DNA of 63,775 nt, filler included, from Phoronis australis (lineage: Eukaryota > Animalia > Phoronida), in the NCBI GenBank assembly GCA_002633005.1. It is 5 parts of 5 records of this genome, joined end to end, with 100 filler letters (N's around TTAATTAATTAA, not from the genome) between each part and the next. Parts side by side here need not be neighbours in the genome. Positions count along the whole stretch, not along the records: positions 1 to 12,364 come from NMRA01001645.1; 4 more parts are not named here. One strand, given 5' to 3'. The translations under genes and the position numbers were made by a program. Shown here one piece after another: positions 1-12,464 of the stretch. The stretch's first letter is position 1. Every line of letters starts with the position of its first letter. A model generated the notes under the pieces. That model was not told the DNA's origin. It saw only the letters and a list, made by a program, of their open reading frames with translations, and did not search any database.

Positions 1-158
1 TTCAAAAGTATAACGGTATCTTTCTTTTGAAAATGGAACATCTTTCAATAATTTAAGCGTAGAATAGAAATTGATCTATCAAGTGTTACAAGCAAGTTCA
101 AGTCGTCGCTTCTGTTAGTCACGCAATCTCGTTTTCTCCTTTCAAATAACATGCCTAC

Positions 159-183
159 CTGGGTCGGAGCAGTCTTGGAATTC
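159..183 (-). CDS. 25-nt exon (EFQDCSDP) downstream of the PAN-like exon; possible start of a CCP/sushi module
   Basis: ttgtag acceptor and CAG|gtaggc donor; begins in phase 0, matching the phase-0 end of exon 1014-1234. Confidence 0.45.
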
Positions 184-1013
184 CTACAAAACAATTGCGT
201 GTAGGATAAAAATATCATCACACCAAGTCAAGAAGAAACCCATAGTGTTGCATGTACTCGAGGTTGTCTAGTAAGACTATCCCTTGCTTCTTCCCGCCCT
301 ACCCCTCTCTTTTGTGGTGGGTAGGTAGGTTTGCGCTTTGTACCTAGCACGTTTTTCCCACGCTTTTCAAACCAACAAAATATAATACTAGCCTTTATCC
401 CGGATTGCAAGTAAAGCGTTTTTCAGTAAGGGGTCGGAACAGGATATCCCAAAAGCATCCAAATGGTAATTTGTAGCCTATGCTTTTTTTACATCCCATT
501 GTCTTGTACTTAACGATTTTTCCGTTCCCAAAAGAAATAATCTCTCCCACGTGACCTTCTTTGCTGTATTGGGAATCATCAGGGAAAATTGTTTATAACC
601 AATGCGTCTGCCATTGTTTTCGCTAGATTGATGCAACGAACTGGAAACGTTAAACAACATTTTCTGACTTAAAGACATGTCGAAATTATGAGTCATGGGT
701 CAATTTCTAATCCTCGTGCCATTAATTAAACCATTCTTTTCCCAACACATAAGTTCATGCCGTCTCGCCGCCAAAATGCAGGCAAACGAAAGCCATACTA
801 AAATTCTAGTTACTGGTGATATTTTCTCGTCACAATTTCTCAAGTGGGAATAAGTGCTATTAAAACCCTTTCTCTGAAATTTAGGCACATTGGATGAGGA
901 AAATCAGTATGCCCACAGAATACACGTATTTCGCTAAAGACAAGAGCACGAAATGTCAAATTAACGGTGGATATACCCCTCTTGTCATCCCTTCGGGTTC
1001 TGGACGTACTCAC

Positions 1014-1234
1014 CCGCCACCCGAAAAGATTTTCGCCGTTCTTTGACCCTGGTTTTTCCACAGTATTGCAAGTTGAGCAAAACTTTCTACTGACATACAG
1101 GAAGGCCACACATAGGTGATCCACAGAACACAGACGAGAACACTCGATCAACGAAGATGCACCGACAGTTACGTTGCCCTGACATGTTGATGCGGATGTC
1201 TTCTCCGTGTGAAATCTGCTCATATCTAGAGTCA
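1014..1234 (-). CDS. PAN/Apple-like domain exon of a secreted protein
   Basis: aaacag acceptor, CGG|gtgagt donor; open frame TLDMSRF...SSLIECSRLCSVDHLCVAFLYVSRKFCSTC...LFGWR has the PAN-type C-x3-C-x5-C-x-A-F-x-Y-x5-C pattern. Confidence 0.65.
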
Positions 1235-3141
1235 CTGTTTAGGACCATTGACTGTATTTTATGCTCCTAACTTCTGTGGGTAGTGACAAGTGTGCCAGTG
1301 TATTATACATTACAATGTCAATGTCATTGTCATGAATAGCAGTATTTCAGCATATATCCTTATCTGACCCAAATAATTCTACCTTCACGGTAATGACGGG
1401 AGCTTACATAACGTACATGAACATGTTAACATACGAGAGGGTGTGCTCTGAAAAGATCGAGACAATCTCCCGTGGCCACGACGCAATCAGCTACTCCTTT
1501 TTCGCTATTCGGTGCTGTATTATGCCTACAATGACTGTTGTTGTGATGGCCTAATCAGCTAATGGCTATCTTTTCCACAAATTATTTCGTAAAAAATCAC
1601 ATCACTTCAGAATACAGCATAGTATACAAGATAATAATTATCATTAGATGTTTCGTATACGTTACTGGTGATGTATTTCTTGGCTCGTTAGCTTTGAAAT
1701 GCGAGAGTTTGACGAGAACAGAGAGATTTAAATAGCTGTAAATCCATCGACATTCCCTTACTGGAAGTCGCCATATTGGTGAACTAGTTTGACCTATTAT
1801 TCAACTGACCAATAGAATGCCTTGTTTTTTGAAATCGGAACAGCCAATCATTTTCCAAGAATGCACATGGAAAAGTACGTTGTAGCAGACCCCAACCAAC
1901 CTCGGGGGTCTGTGCAGGAGACTAGGCCTATATCTGAGTGGCACGCGCCCGGTCTATGTGATGTCTATGCATGAGACGTTTTGCAGCGTACGACACAGCA
2001 GGGCTCGTGCAGACAGAACGCGTGTCAGCTCGCGTGACAACTTTCCGTGCCAGCTGTAGTGGATCTTTGATCCGTCAAACTGCCCACAGACATCTAATAC
2101 TAATATGATGTATTGTTCCTATCCATCGTCGGCTTTCCTGTCCTGCTATGGGACGAAAGGAGCATCGGCCTGTTTTCGGTGCTTCGGAGGCCCGTCTGCT
2201 GTTTATCTCAGAAAAGGTACGCTGTTCCTGGTTCGATTAAATACTCCTTGTTTGTGGTGCGTTTAAAACGTGTGGCTGCTGCTAATTGTGCCGGTTGGTA
2301 CAGCTGTACAGACCCAGCGAAGCCAACGTGAGTCTATAACTAATTTGACTTCGCCAACCTACCCCCTTGCTATCGTCAAGCCCCCCGTTCTCTGGATGTC
2401 ACCATATTTGTACCGAACCCCACCCCCACGTCCGCCAAGTGGGGGTAATACCGGGGATGCAGCCATCAGGATTTGAGTAACCGTGAACCAACAAACCAAC
2501 AAATATTCACTGAGAGTAAGAATGCGTCCAGGCCCCGAGCGCACTGACGGGTAGCCGGGAGCTGTCTGAAGTAACTATTGCTGTTTCGAAGGTCAGGGTT
2601 CCTTTTATTATGATCCATTTTCGGGAAAACTTCATTGTATTATGGGGATTTTTTGAAGTAAGTTTTGGAAAGGTGAGGTCCGGAGGTGCCTGGTATGAGT
2701 GCCTTTGTGGCCGTTTCAGAATCCCTTGATGAAACACAGGCGGTAGTCCAGTTTCTGGTTGCTGATGAAAATGATACAGAGTGTGTCCCAAAAATGTACA
2801 CATTTCAACGTCTGGGGTTCAAATTCAGTTCCTGTGGGTAACTGAGATTCTAAGCAGGCCTATTGCATGGTGACACCTTATTTTTAACGTGGGTGTGCCT
2901 NNNNNNNNNNNNNNNNNNNNNNNNNNNNNNNNNNNNNNNNNNNNNNGGGGGGGGGGGCTCGATGACAATGTGGGCAAAAATTTCCGCCTCAGAGAAACAA
3001 AATATCTGAGAAAAACGAGACAAATGTCCACTAAAATGGCAGGATAATCCTGAACGAACCCCGTATTCGTTTTTTTCCTTTAGTAAAACGTCCACATTCT
3101 CAAAAATTTGAGCCCCCCTTATTTTTAGGCTGGATGCGCGA

Positions 3142-6100
3142 TAGCCAGCCAGCTAGCTGTATGAAGACTGTCGTCAAAATACAGCTAGGTACCACTGTGT
3201 GTATTTCTTCCGTAGACCCCGAAATTGCACACAGCCAGGGTAGTTCTGCTTGTGTATTTTTGCTCTTTCCAAGGTATCAATAACGATTCACGAATTTAAC
3301 TTGACCTCAAAAAACGCTGAAATATTTGTTTAATTTGTTTGTTATTGCGAATATTTGGGTACACTCGTTCGACATGTACACGGTCACCCAAATGGTAGCC
3401 TCGACAGCAGTGTTTTCCACATGTGAGAATTCCTTACAAACAGCTCATAGTAACTAGTCTAAACCATCTTCAAAACAGATAATGTTCTAGTGATAATATG
3501 GGAAACAGTAACATTATTTCATAACTAACCATCGGAAATAATCCTTTTGTGTAATTAACAAACAACGGTCTTCACGTTCTTTAAAATTCCTGACTCCCTT
3601 ACGATGGCGGTCAATCCTATTGTATTTTTTCAAATTTTTTTGGTTGTTTGGGTCGAATGTCATGATACTGCTGTGCTGTGCATGAATGTATGTTTTTGGA
3701 TGAATTTCGAATCACAACTTCCCTCGTGAATACTTGGCAGTGTCGGATTTACATGTAAAGAGGGACAAAGGGACATCTCTCCGAACTGCTTCACCGAGAG
3801 AGGGTCCCGCCTGAAATGGGACACCTTAATAATGAAAAGCTAAACATCATTAAACTTGGAAAGAGTGACAGCTCATTCCACCGTCGTGTGGTAAGACGAC
3901 GGTGCAGGAAGTGACCTTCTTCAACATGAATGTTGTTTGCACGGTTTCACAAGAAACAGGAAAGTAGTCTTAATCTAATTCAACATTGGGTCCTCTCTCC
4001 GTGAGCTTACCCTTAAGAACTTGTCAAGAGAAATATAAAAACTGTGGTCACTTGAACGCCATCAATGGCCCCTCTATGTGAAAATATCTATATTTTCAAA
4101 AATCAAGAAATGTGCAACAATTGATGATATCTGTCAGGTCATCAATTTTTCTGAAGTGACATAAATTCGAGAAAAAAAGCGACAGTCGTATCCGTTATCC
4201 TTTGCCAGAGAGGGACCTCTGGAAAAAAATGGTTTTGCAGTCGCAAAATTGACTTACTGAATTTAAAAATCCAGTAGGTTATTACGCTTCGCAAAAGCTT
4301 CGCTTTACAAATTTTGTCGATTTTTCGAAATGTGTGTATGAATGATTACGTGCACGTTTCCAAGTGTGTTTAGACGACCTGTGCTGTGAAAGTGGAGACC
4401 CCAACAACAATGTCATGGCCAGGGTCCACAAAAGGTAAACCATGCACTGATACAGAGTTGTAAAATGTCCTCTTGAGTTTTCTTTCTTATCCGCATTTAG
4501 CAGTCTTTCTTTTCTCCACTGTCCCAGCCCCACGCGTCGGTTGCCACAGTTTAACCTTGTCGCCTTATAATTTTTTGGGGGACCGTGCCCCCCCGGTCCC
4601 CCGTTTCCCGTTTCCTACGGCCCTGGAAAGTGTCGCAAAACAGTAACTAGATAAATTGCATAGGGAAGAAGCATCCGCCAAAGGATTTATAAAGGGTTGT
4701 GTCATGAAAACATTTCCACTCACTGTATCCTCCCCTATGAGTTCGTAACGATTAACATTGACAAGGTTCACGGCCTAGCGATAATTTTCAAGGCATTCAG
4801 TGATTTAAAACTGTTTATAATGGCCTAATTGCTATTACTATTTCATGTTTTGACATTCGGATTTGATTCGTCTAGGTCTAAGTCGTCAAAGTGACATCAT
4901 GCACGAATATAAAATGCGAGTCATCGTAACGTCATGGATGGTTCACGTCATCACAACGTAGTACAGATTGTACTGTGGTGGACAGACATATAATTATTGT
5001 GTCGGCTGTTTATATTTGGCTTAAATATGTATGCTTTATTTTCATAATTTCAGTGTCAGCATCATGCCTGGAAGACGAGGCTTCTTCAAAAGGTTAAGGA
5101 AGCGTCTAGTGAAGTATTGCTGTTGTTGTATCCGTGGCTGCAACGAAAGCTCATCGGTGGCGCCTGGCCCAAGCACCGTTGTTACTGTGAGTTTCTATAC
5201 AAGTAATTGTGAAAGTTAACAGCTACTTTTCGTTAATGAAAGGGCCTTTGAACTCAACTAGAGCCGCTGTGCCACTCTGTTCGTCACTACTAGCCAATTT
5301 TCAGCTGTTNGTTACACCGCTGGACTTGGCGTCGATAGTGCTAATGCATTTCGTAAAACAATACCTTAATACACAACGTGCAATGAACGTTTGCAATCGT
5401 TTAGTTACAATGTACGCTAAATTCAATTATATGTAAGTCATTTTTGCCGTCTTTTTACTGTTCCAAAATGAGTACAGTTCTTTAAATTTAAAGGGGAACT
5501 GTATTTTATTCTGAATACAGTTTGCATAGTTTTCAATGAGTTGTTGATTAATTTTACTAAGAATTCAAAATTAAAAAGTAAACTTATATTTTCTGACCAA
5601 ACTAAAAAACTCACCCGCTTGGAGCACTGATTCTTGTGACGTATTAGGTGGGGGTACAGTTACTATTCTACTTTAGCGTGCAGTCAAGTTGCATTCTCCA
5701 AATTGTTGAATTAAGAAATTTCAGTGCGAAATATCGGGTCACCAGGGATACCTGTTTGAGCCGAAGCAATACAAAGTGTAGCCTTGGTACAAAGCTGTTT
5801 ATAAATATACAGCTTTGCACCGATGCGGGTAAAAAGTGACCAGATAAAATATGACACAAAATCAGTGTCATTAAAAACTGCACACTTATTTGAGTAAATA
5901 AAATTATTTAACACTGTTGGAAAAATGGCGTTCTACCGTTATTCTACTGCTAAAGTTGTGGAGCGATCTTTAGCGATGGCTTTCGGCGACATAAAATTTT
6001 GCGTCACCTATTGGCCAGTTTCTTTTTTCGCCGATTCTTCAATCAACTGTTGTTCTTTCACGAGGTTGCGTACACGTCACAACAAATTATTAGAACTGGT

Positions 6101-6366
6101 TTCACCTCATTAAAAGTTTTTAGAATTTTGGTACCGAAAAATCGAATTTCAGAAGAAATTTTGTTGCTTCCAAGCTATCATTGTCTCCTGAGGGAGGCAA
6201 AAATTTAGGAAATGGCGCGTGCGCGTGACACGAGCGTACTGTTTTCAAAACGACGAAATACTTTTCATTGTTNNNNNNNNNNNNNNNNNTCGCTGTCTAC
6301 GGAAGAAATACACGCAGTGGGACCTAGCTGTATTTTGACGACAGTCTTCATACAGCTAGCTGGCTA
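3142..6366. mobile_element. Non-autonomous DNA transposon with ~72-bp TIRs and TAG...CTA termini (Academ-like)
   Basis: 3146-3217 and 6295-6366 are inverted repeats with about 2 mismatches (TAGCCAGCTAGCTGTATGAAGACTGTCGTCAAAATACAGCTAGG...); no clear TSD; a small N gap (6273-6289) lies inside; a diverged right end recurs at ~7938-7986. Confidence 0.55.
5064..5186 (+). CDS. Candidate first coding exon MPGRRGFFKRLRKRLVKYCCCCIRGCNESSSVAPGPSTVVT (polybasic stretch plus Cys cluster)
   Basis: ttttcataatttcag acceptor ending 5053, ATG at 5064, ACT|gtgagt donor; downstream exons not found. Confidence 0.4.
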
Positions 6367-7370
6367 TTGAGTAAAAAATGCACGAAATCTGGCATTGCAA
6401 AATTTGTTCCATCCATAGTGAGCAGAGTACATGGTCAAAAATTGCAAATGTAAATGACGTGCATCTGATGGGCGAAGTGTCTTTATATTGTCCACAACCC
6501 AAATGTGCTGGTCTTCCGCGTATTCAGAAAACATATGTTTACGTTGTGTGAATTACGTGAAACTGTGTGAAAGACACAGAAAACAATGAATTTTGCACGT
6601 AAGTTGCTCCGACGTTATCGATTCATTTATAAACCATACTACGTAGTCAGAACGTGCTGAACATTCACACGCGCACTTTAATTGTAGGCTTAAAATGTCT
6701 TTCCGTTTTTGAAGACGTACATAAGACAGAATTTAAATGTTTAAAGGGGGCTCTTTACTTAACCGTAAGTTCTCTTTAACTTAAATTTGGGGTTGTATTC
6801 AGTGGCGTCATTTATTCAATTGATTCCGTCATTTTATACATTGGCCTCAAGATCTAAAAAAATGTTGAAAAGAAGTGTCACAAAAAGAGCAAAAAGCTGA
6901 GCTTGATGCTCTTATCTCACCCCCTTAATCGAAATTTGTCTCTAAAATTGGCCGATTGCCTGGCACGCTTCGAAAACTTACAAATCTGTACAACAATTGC
7001 ACCGTTGCTTCAGAGATAATTTCTCAGACGGATCTGAGATTTTGAAGTCATTTTCTAGAAAGATTAGTTGAGACGCTGATTTGGGCCCTGTTCCATGAAA
7101 AGTGACCGAGGACCAAAGTTAGAAATTTGGTCTTCGGCTAGGACTAACCATTTCTGACAAACAAAGAGAGATACATGTATCTGGGCATATATCGATCATT
7201 ATAACTGTGATTCTGTTGTAAATTGTTTCTGGAGTGACGTGCTAATTTGTGTTTTGCTAAATCTTAATTCAGTTATTGTAAACTCGGAGCTTGAGACCAA
7301 ATTATAGTTTTAACTTTTAAGTCACTTTTAAAGAAACACATCCCTGGACCCTGTTCAGTTGCTGCTTTAC

Positions 7371-7494
7371 CCACAACCAGTGCACCTGGTCGTAATTGAT
7401 GGTTAAGACAGCAGGCATGTGGTGGACAATTTGTCACCAATGCAAATGTAAGTATGAACCACTGTGCGCACAATCTTTGTTGACAGGAGTACAT
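7371..7494 (-). CDS. Possible signal-peptide first exon for the PAN-like gene
   Basis: ATG, hydrophobic WFILTFALV, then G|gtaaag phase-1 donor compatible with the phase-1 acceptor at 1234. Confidence 0.25.
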
Positions 7495-7568
7495 ATGACT
7501 TTTTGAAATAACTCAGGAACTACAGCGATATTAGCAATGAAGCAAAGATGTTTACTAAATATACAGTA

Positions 7569-7886
7569 CAGCTTTTCCTCGATGTGGGTAAAAACTGGCC
7601 AAACAAAATCTGATAGAAATTGGTGTGCAGAGTAAATTAGTTAAGTGGTGTTGGGAAAATTGGCGCTCTACCGTTTGTTTGAGGCTGAACTAGTGTAGCG
7701 ATCTTTTGCGTTGACTTTCAGCGCCATGAAGTGATGCGTCACCTATTGGCCAGTTTTTATTCGCCAATACTTCATTCAGCTGTTCTTCCTCCACAAGGAT
7801 ACGGGCATGTCACAACGAGTTTTTAAAGAAAAGACTATTGTGTCCGATTTTTTCGGTCAGTTTTTACCCACATCGGCGCAAAGCTG
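7569..7886. mobile_element. MITE with ~45-bp TIRs (CAGCTTT...GATGTGGGTAAAAACTG); related copy at ~5810-6090
   Basis: Inverted repeat between ~7569-7615 and ~7842-7886; internal sequence (gcgtcacctattggccagttt etc.) is shared with 5810-6090. Confidence 0.6.
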
Positions 7887-8313
7887 TCGATTTAATACGC
7901 CCATGAGTATACAAGCTTTGCACCAAGACTATTGGTGCTTAGCTGTATTTTGAAGCTAGTTTTCGTACAGCTTGCTGGTGGGCTAGAGCGACGTATAGAA
8001 ATTGCCAGTGCCTTGGTTTTCAGAGGATCTGAAAGTACGAAAGTCATTAATTGTTCTACTGTGTGATAAAATGGCTACAGTTGATGGAGGGAGGCCATGT
8101 TTAAGCTTTCGATATCAAGCAACCACTTTTCCAAAAGATTTAACGAGGATTTTGAATAGAACTAACAGGACAATTGCAACAAAATCATTGGCTTACAGCG
8201 GTTGAAAGATGTCATGTTTGCAATTATGCAACAGTCGCTTGCTTTTAATGACGTCAAACGTCGTTTGGATATGCCAATGCTGTTGTAAGCAGCGTGTCAT
8301 TAGGGGCAGCGTG

Positions 8314-8470
8314 CAGTGGCGGATTTAGAGGGGGGCCAAGGGGGCCATGGCCCCCCTAAAATTGTCTCAGATTCCATTTGCCAGATCGGGAGTGCGAATG
8401 TCTGACTGGCAAAATCCTGGCTAATATTCTGCCCTGACCCCCCTAACTCAAAATCCTGGATCCGCCCCTG
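8314..8470. mobile_element. Small hAT5-like element (CAGTGGCGGAT...ATCCGCCCCTG), 5-bp TSD GCGTG
   Basis: Terminal inverted repeats; GCGTG at 8309-8313 and 8471-8475; homologous copies at 33618 and 38749. Confidence 0.8.
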
Positions 8471-8572
8471 GCGTGCAAACGACGCGTGTTGAAAGTCAGT
8501 GTACAGACCACCCTTAGGAAACGCACCTTCTAACGTGACAGGGGAAGCTGTGAGAGAGGTCTTGGTCAAGGA

Positions 8573-8847
8573 CATGCGCGCACTCAGCCTTTAATATGGG
8601 GGCTCGAATCTATGAAAAACCTTTGGCTAACAAAAAGCGTGAGGACTAAAAAACAAAACGGGATACCACCTACAAGTCTGTGAACTGTGGGTCTGCGCCT
8701 TTTTAGTGGATGTTTGTCTCGTTTACCCTGACTTTTTGTTTCTCTGACGCGGACCTTTTTAACCACTTCGACAAATGGGGGGGGGCTCGAATGAGCCCCC
8801 GATCCCCCGAGTCCCCGAGCTGCCCCACCCCTCGGGGTGCGCGCATG
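8573..8847. mobile_element. MITE (CATGCGCGCA...TGCGCGCATG), same family as 37711-37954
   Basis: TIRs; end-to-end similarity to 37711-37954; TSD not preserved here. Confidence 0.75.
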
Positions 8848-9784
8848 CAGGGTTTCATGTAATTGGTGGTATATGTTACGCTATTATTCCAAGAAAAAAT
8901 AATGTCAGATCGGTGGTCAGTTTTAGAGGGTTTTTGAGCACGCTGACGTCACGTGGTGGTGCCGCCGTTGGGGCCCAGGCACGTGGCATCGAACCACGAT
9001 GAAATGAGCATTACATCAAACCTGTTTTAAACAGCGTTACCTTAGCAACAGTCAAAATGGAGGTATGTGCTGTTAATGTGAATAATCACAGACCTTAAAA
9101 TGTTAACCGCTGGTGAGTTTAACATCAAATTTTGACAAATTATCAGCTTTATTTAACGGTCGTCAGTTTCCTCCCAAACTAATCATGTATCAATGTCTGA
9201 CCAACGTTCATAATTACTAAATTATACAAAGACAAATTGGAGCCTGGTTTACTAAGTTAGTTTATCAAAAGGGGACTTTGCTTGGTACTTGCACTTACCA
9301 ATGTACCCCCAATGATACAAGCTACAGGTATTTGAATGCATAACCGCCGTGAGCGAACTTGCATGGCTTTAAACTTTCCCAAGACCACGTTATTTTTACA
9401 TTTGTACGTCTGTTTCCAGATTGTTCAAAATGGCTGACCATTATTCATGTAATAATGAATATACAAGGTAAGTTGTTTTGAAAGAAAAGGAAACGGAAGT
9501 TGTTTACATACCGAAGCATCGTGAAGCAGGTGGGAAATATAGTCCACATTTACCTGGAGCGCTTGCCGTTAAGCAAGGTGCCACTACCATAGCGGCACAA
9601 ATTCTGAGCTCATGAAACGAACACCTTTTATTCGGCATTTCAACAGCGTTGACTTTTTGACTCATGTACAAGGCATTTCTGTCAACAGGTAGAGCGATAA
9701 AATAACATTAGTGAACTCCATTTGTCAATTTTAATCAGTTGTTAAGTTGTTGACGAAAAATGTCTGCCTGTTGAATGAGTTTCT

Positions 9785-10637
9785 GAACTGGTCTGAAACC
9801 CACTCGACCCCATACCCCTCGACCCACGACCCCCACAACCCACAACCACCTTGACCCACGACCCACAACCCCCTCGACCTACGATCCACAACCACCTCAA
9901 CACACAAGCTCAAATCCATCTGAACAAACAACAAGCGCTGACGTGTAGGGCCAATGAGACGGGCCGTGAGCTGGGCTGGCTTTTCCTTGTTTTTTGCAAC
10001 TAAGGCAGTCGTTTCGACAAGTTTGAAAGCCAACAACAGAAAAAAACAATGCCACCAAATGAAATCAAAAACTTACATGTACCAACATTAAAAAGGTCGG
10101 CAGAGTGTAATAGTCTATTCTGCTCTAAGTGAATCTCACGGTGCGAGGAACCGACAAAACTGCAATTTCACTAGTAAATACAGTTTGAAAAAAACAAAAT
10201 GTTAACTAAAAAGATTCCAACGTTATATGGAGTATATTGCAAACCAGTATACATTATAAACCAAATGACAAAAATATGAAAATATGTACATTCACATAAA
10301 CGTACTCTCTCCCTAAGTTTATTAGAACTGGGCCTCTGATAGCAGCTTGTGGAACTATTTCCATGACAACGATAGCGCGCTCACAATGTGCTATTCAAGA
10401 CCACCGGCGTTATCACGCCACTTCCTGTTTTTAATCACGAGACTTGAGCCAGAGCACACTTGCGTACAGCTATATCTTATGGGAAAGTCACCCAACGACG
10501 TAATAAGATCACGAAATATGTAAAAAACCCACAGATACATGTATATACCTCTATTGCCACAGGTCGCGGTTCCGGGGGNGTGGGTCGAGGGGTCGTGGGT
10601 CGAGGGGTGAGGGGTCGATGGGGGTTCAGAACAATCC
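9785..10637. mobile_element. Foldback-like element with inverted arrays of short (CCCACGA-like) subterminal repeats
   Basis: C-rich repeat array at 9798-9900 mirrored by a G-rich array at 10575-10625; degenerate outer TIR (CTGAAnCCC.CTCGACCCC); TSD unclear. Confidence 0.5.
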
Positions 10638-10860
10638 GACTTTTTCGATGTACTCAAAATTCTTTCTTGTAGTCAAGGGTCCAAACGGTCCTTTTTCGTT
10701 GCAGTATGTGCTTAGTTTTGTCAAAACTGCATCTTGACGTTCAGCCATATAAGACTACATCTTACAGCATTTTAACTCGCTAAATATGTGTGTAATCTTA
10801 ACAAACAACGACTACATAAATCATTCGTTGACATCACAAAAACACACGTCCACTAAACAG

Positions 10861-11681
10861 CCACTGGTGCCTGGGAAGATTGGGAGAGGTGGCAGCACTG
10901 TAGCTCCTCCGTGACGTATGGACTCCGTAAGCGCATTAGAAAATGTGGATCTTTATTGGACAGTGAATCCTGTTCCGGCACTGGGGAAGAATTTCAACGA
11001 TGTGGAAGTCCAGGTAACTGATATATTGCCAAATTTGTGGTTCTTTTAATACGCCCTATAGGTACCATGCGACAACGAATTGTTTTGAAACGTTTTGTTT
11101 GTACCAGTAAACATCCGTTGAAATCATCTTCCTTTCGTGAAGAGGAAACAAACCAACTCATTTACAAGAAGATGGCAATCTATTTTGAATCTGTTCTAAA
11201 GAAACCAGGTATTTTTAGTTGTATGATCTCGATAATTTATTATTAGTCGTAAAATAAACACAAAAGAAAACAAGAACAAAATGTGTAGCATTAAGCTATC
11301 ATGACGTCAATGACATTTACTTCAATCCACGCCGTCACTATTAATCCTGTTCTTTCAACACAGCTGTTCAGGTGAACGAAGAGACGGTGCCTAACGTAAA
11401 AGTCAAACTAAAAAGACCCCTCGAAGTCGTTTTGCAAATAGGTCACTACCCTCGGGTGAATGGCAAGCTACCGTCCTTGTACAGAATAGACATGAAATCA
11501 CACCTCGAACCCACGTGGTCATTTTTCACCAAGATGGCCTATACACCAAGCAAAGAGCATATCGTTACTATTCCGGTTGCAAGAAATCTCACCTACAGTG
11601 GTCAAGTGCACGTGCTGTTCGACACAGAGTTCACGCGCGTTAGAACTGTCCAAGCAACTGCTCTATTAACATTCACTGCAG
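10861..11681 (+). CDS. Partial gene: thrombospondin type-1 (TSP1) repeat exon plus two exons of unknown domain; exons 10861-11013, 11062-11208, 11364-11681
   Basis: Exon 1 reads TGAWEDWERWQHCSSSVTYGLRKRIRKCGSLLDSESCSGTGEEFQRCGSP (WxxWxxW, CS, RxRxC); all three exons are AG/GT bounded, phase 1-1 and join in one open frame; the first intron is only 48 nt. Confidence 0.7.
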
Positions 11682-12248
11682 GTACACGGTACATGGATGT
11701 GACTGAGGTATTGGACGCGCGTGATAGTTTACTTGCACGGGCGTGTACGTCATTTTGTTGAACTAACATGATTCCGGTGGCCGTGGAACTATGCCAATGT
11801 ATTTTTTCGCCTTTTCCATTTTGCTTAGTACGAATTCAAGCCAAGTGAAATTTTTTGCCTTTAGGTCGTGTAAATTATGGAAAAATCTCAAGTTTGAATT
11901 CAGAATTAGAGACCATTTGGTGGTAGAGACGGCAAGGAAAACGTCTTCATTTGGACTGCACTCCAACGCACAGTCATAGACACCCATATTTAAATCCATG
12001 CAAATAGTAGAACCTGTCCAAAACAATTTACAATTGAGTATGAGGTCACAAGAGGAGCTCCAAGTCTAATCTACCAACTCAAACGGCGTATTAGTTGGTA
12101 TACCCTCATTAAATCAGGAATACCATGTTAAGTCGTACGTGTAACGGCTAACGAAGCGTCTCGCCAGTTCCCTACGTACCTGGCCAGCACGCAGGTATCA
12201 CGCAGTAGCACGCGCTTTGGCATTGGCTTATGTGACCTCAGCAGTAAT

Positions 12249-12364
12249 GGGGCTATTCGGAAAATCAACAATAACTAGAGGGCGTGCTTGTACTAGTGGT
12301 GATAGATTAACAGCCTCGATTTCGCGAGCCCTTTAAATACATGGTGAAATGGCTTGCAGCCGTG
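12249..12364 (+). mobile_element. Left end of another copy of the ISL2EU-type element, cut by the contig end
   Basis: Near-identical to 16603-16716 and also preceded by AT. Confidence 0.85.
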
Positions 12365-12464
12365 NNNNNNNNNNNNNNNNNNNNNNNNNNNNNNNNNNNN
12401 NNNNNNNNTTAATTAATTAANNNNNNNNNNNNNNNNNNNNNNNNNNNNNNNNNNNNNNNNNNNN
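12365..12464. other. Artificial contig spacer (44N-TTAATTAATTAA-44N)
   Basis: Exactly 100 bp; 12-mer gives stops in all six frames; the same spacer occurs four times. Confidence 0.95.

Noticed and set aside
1740-1924. GGAGACTA end resembling another TAG-terminal transposon
   Set aside because: No matching opposite end in the window
2270-2332. Signal-peptide-like segment WLLLIVPVGTAVQ with a gtgagt donor
   Set aside because: No ATG; in-frame stop just upstream; no partner exon found
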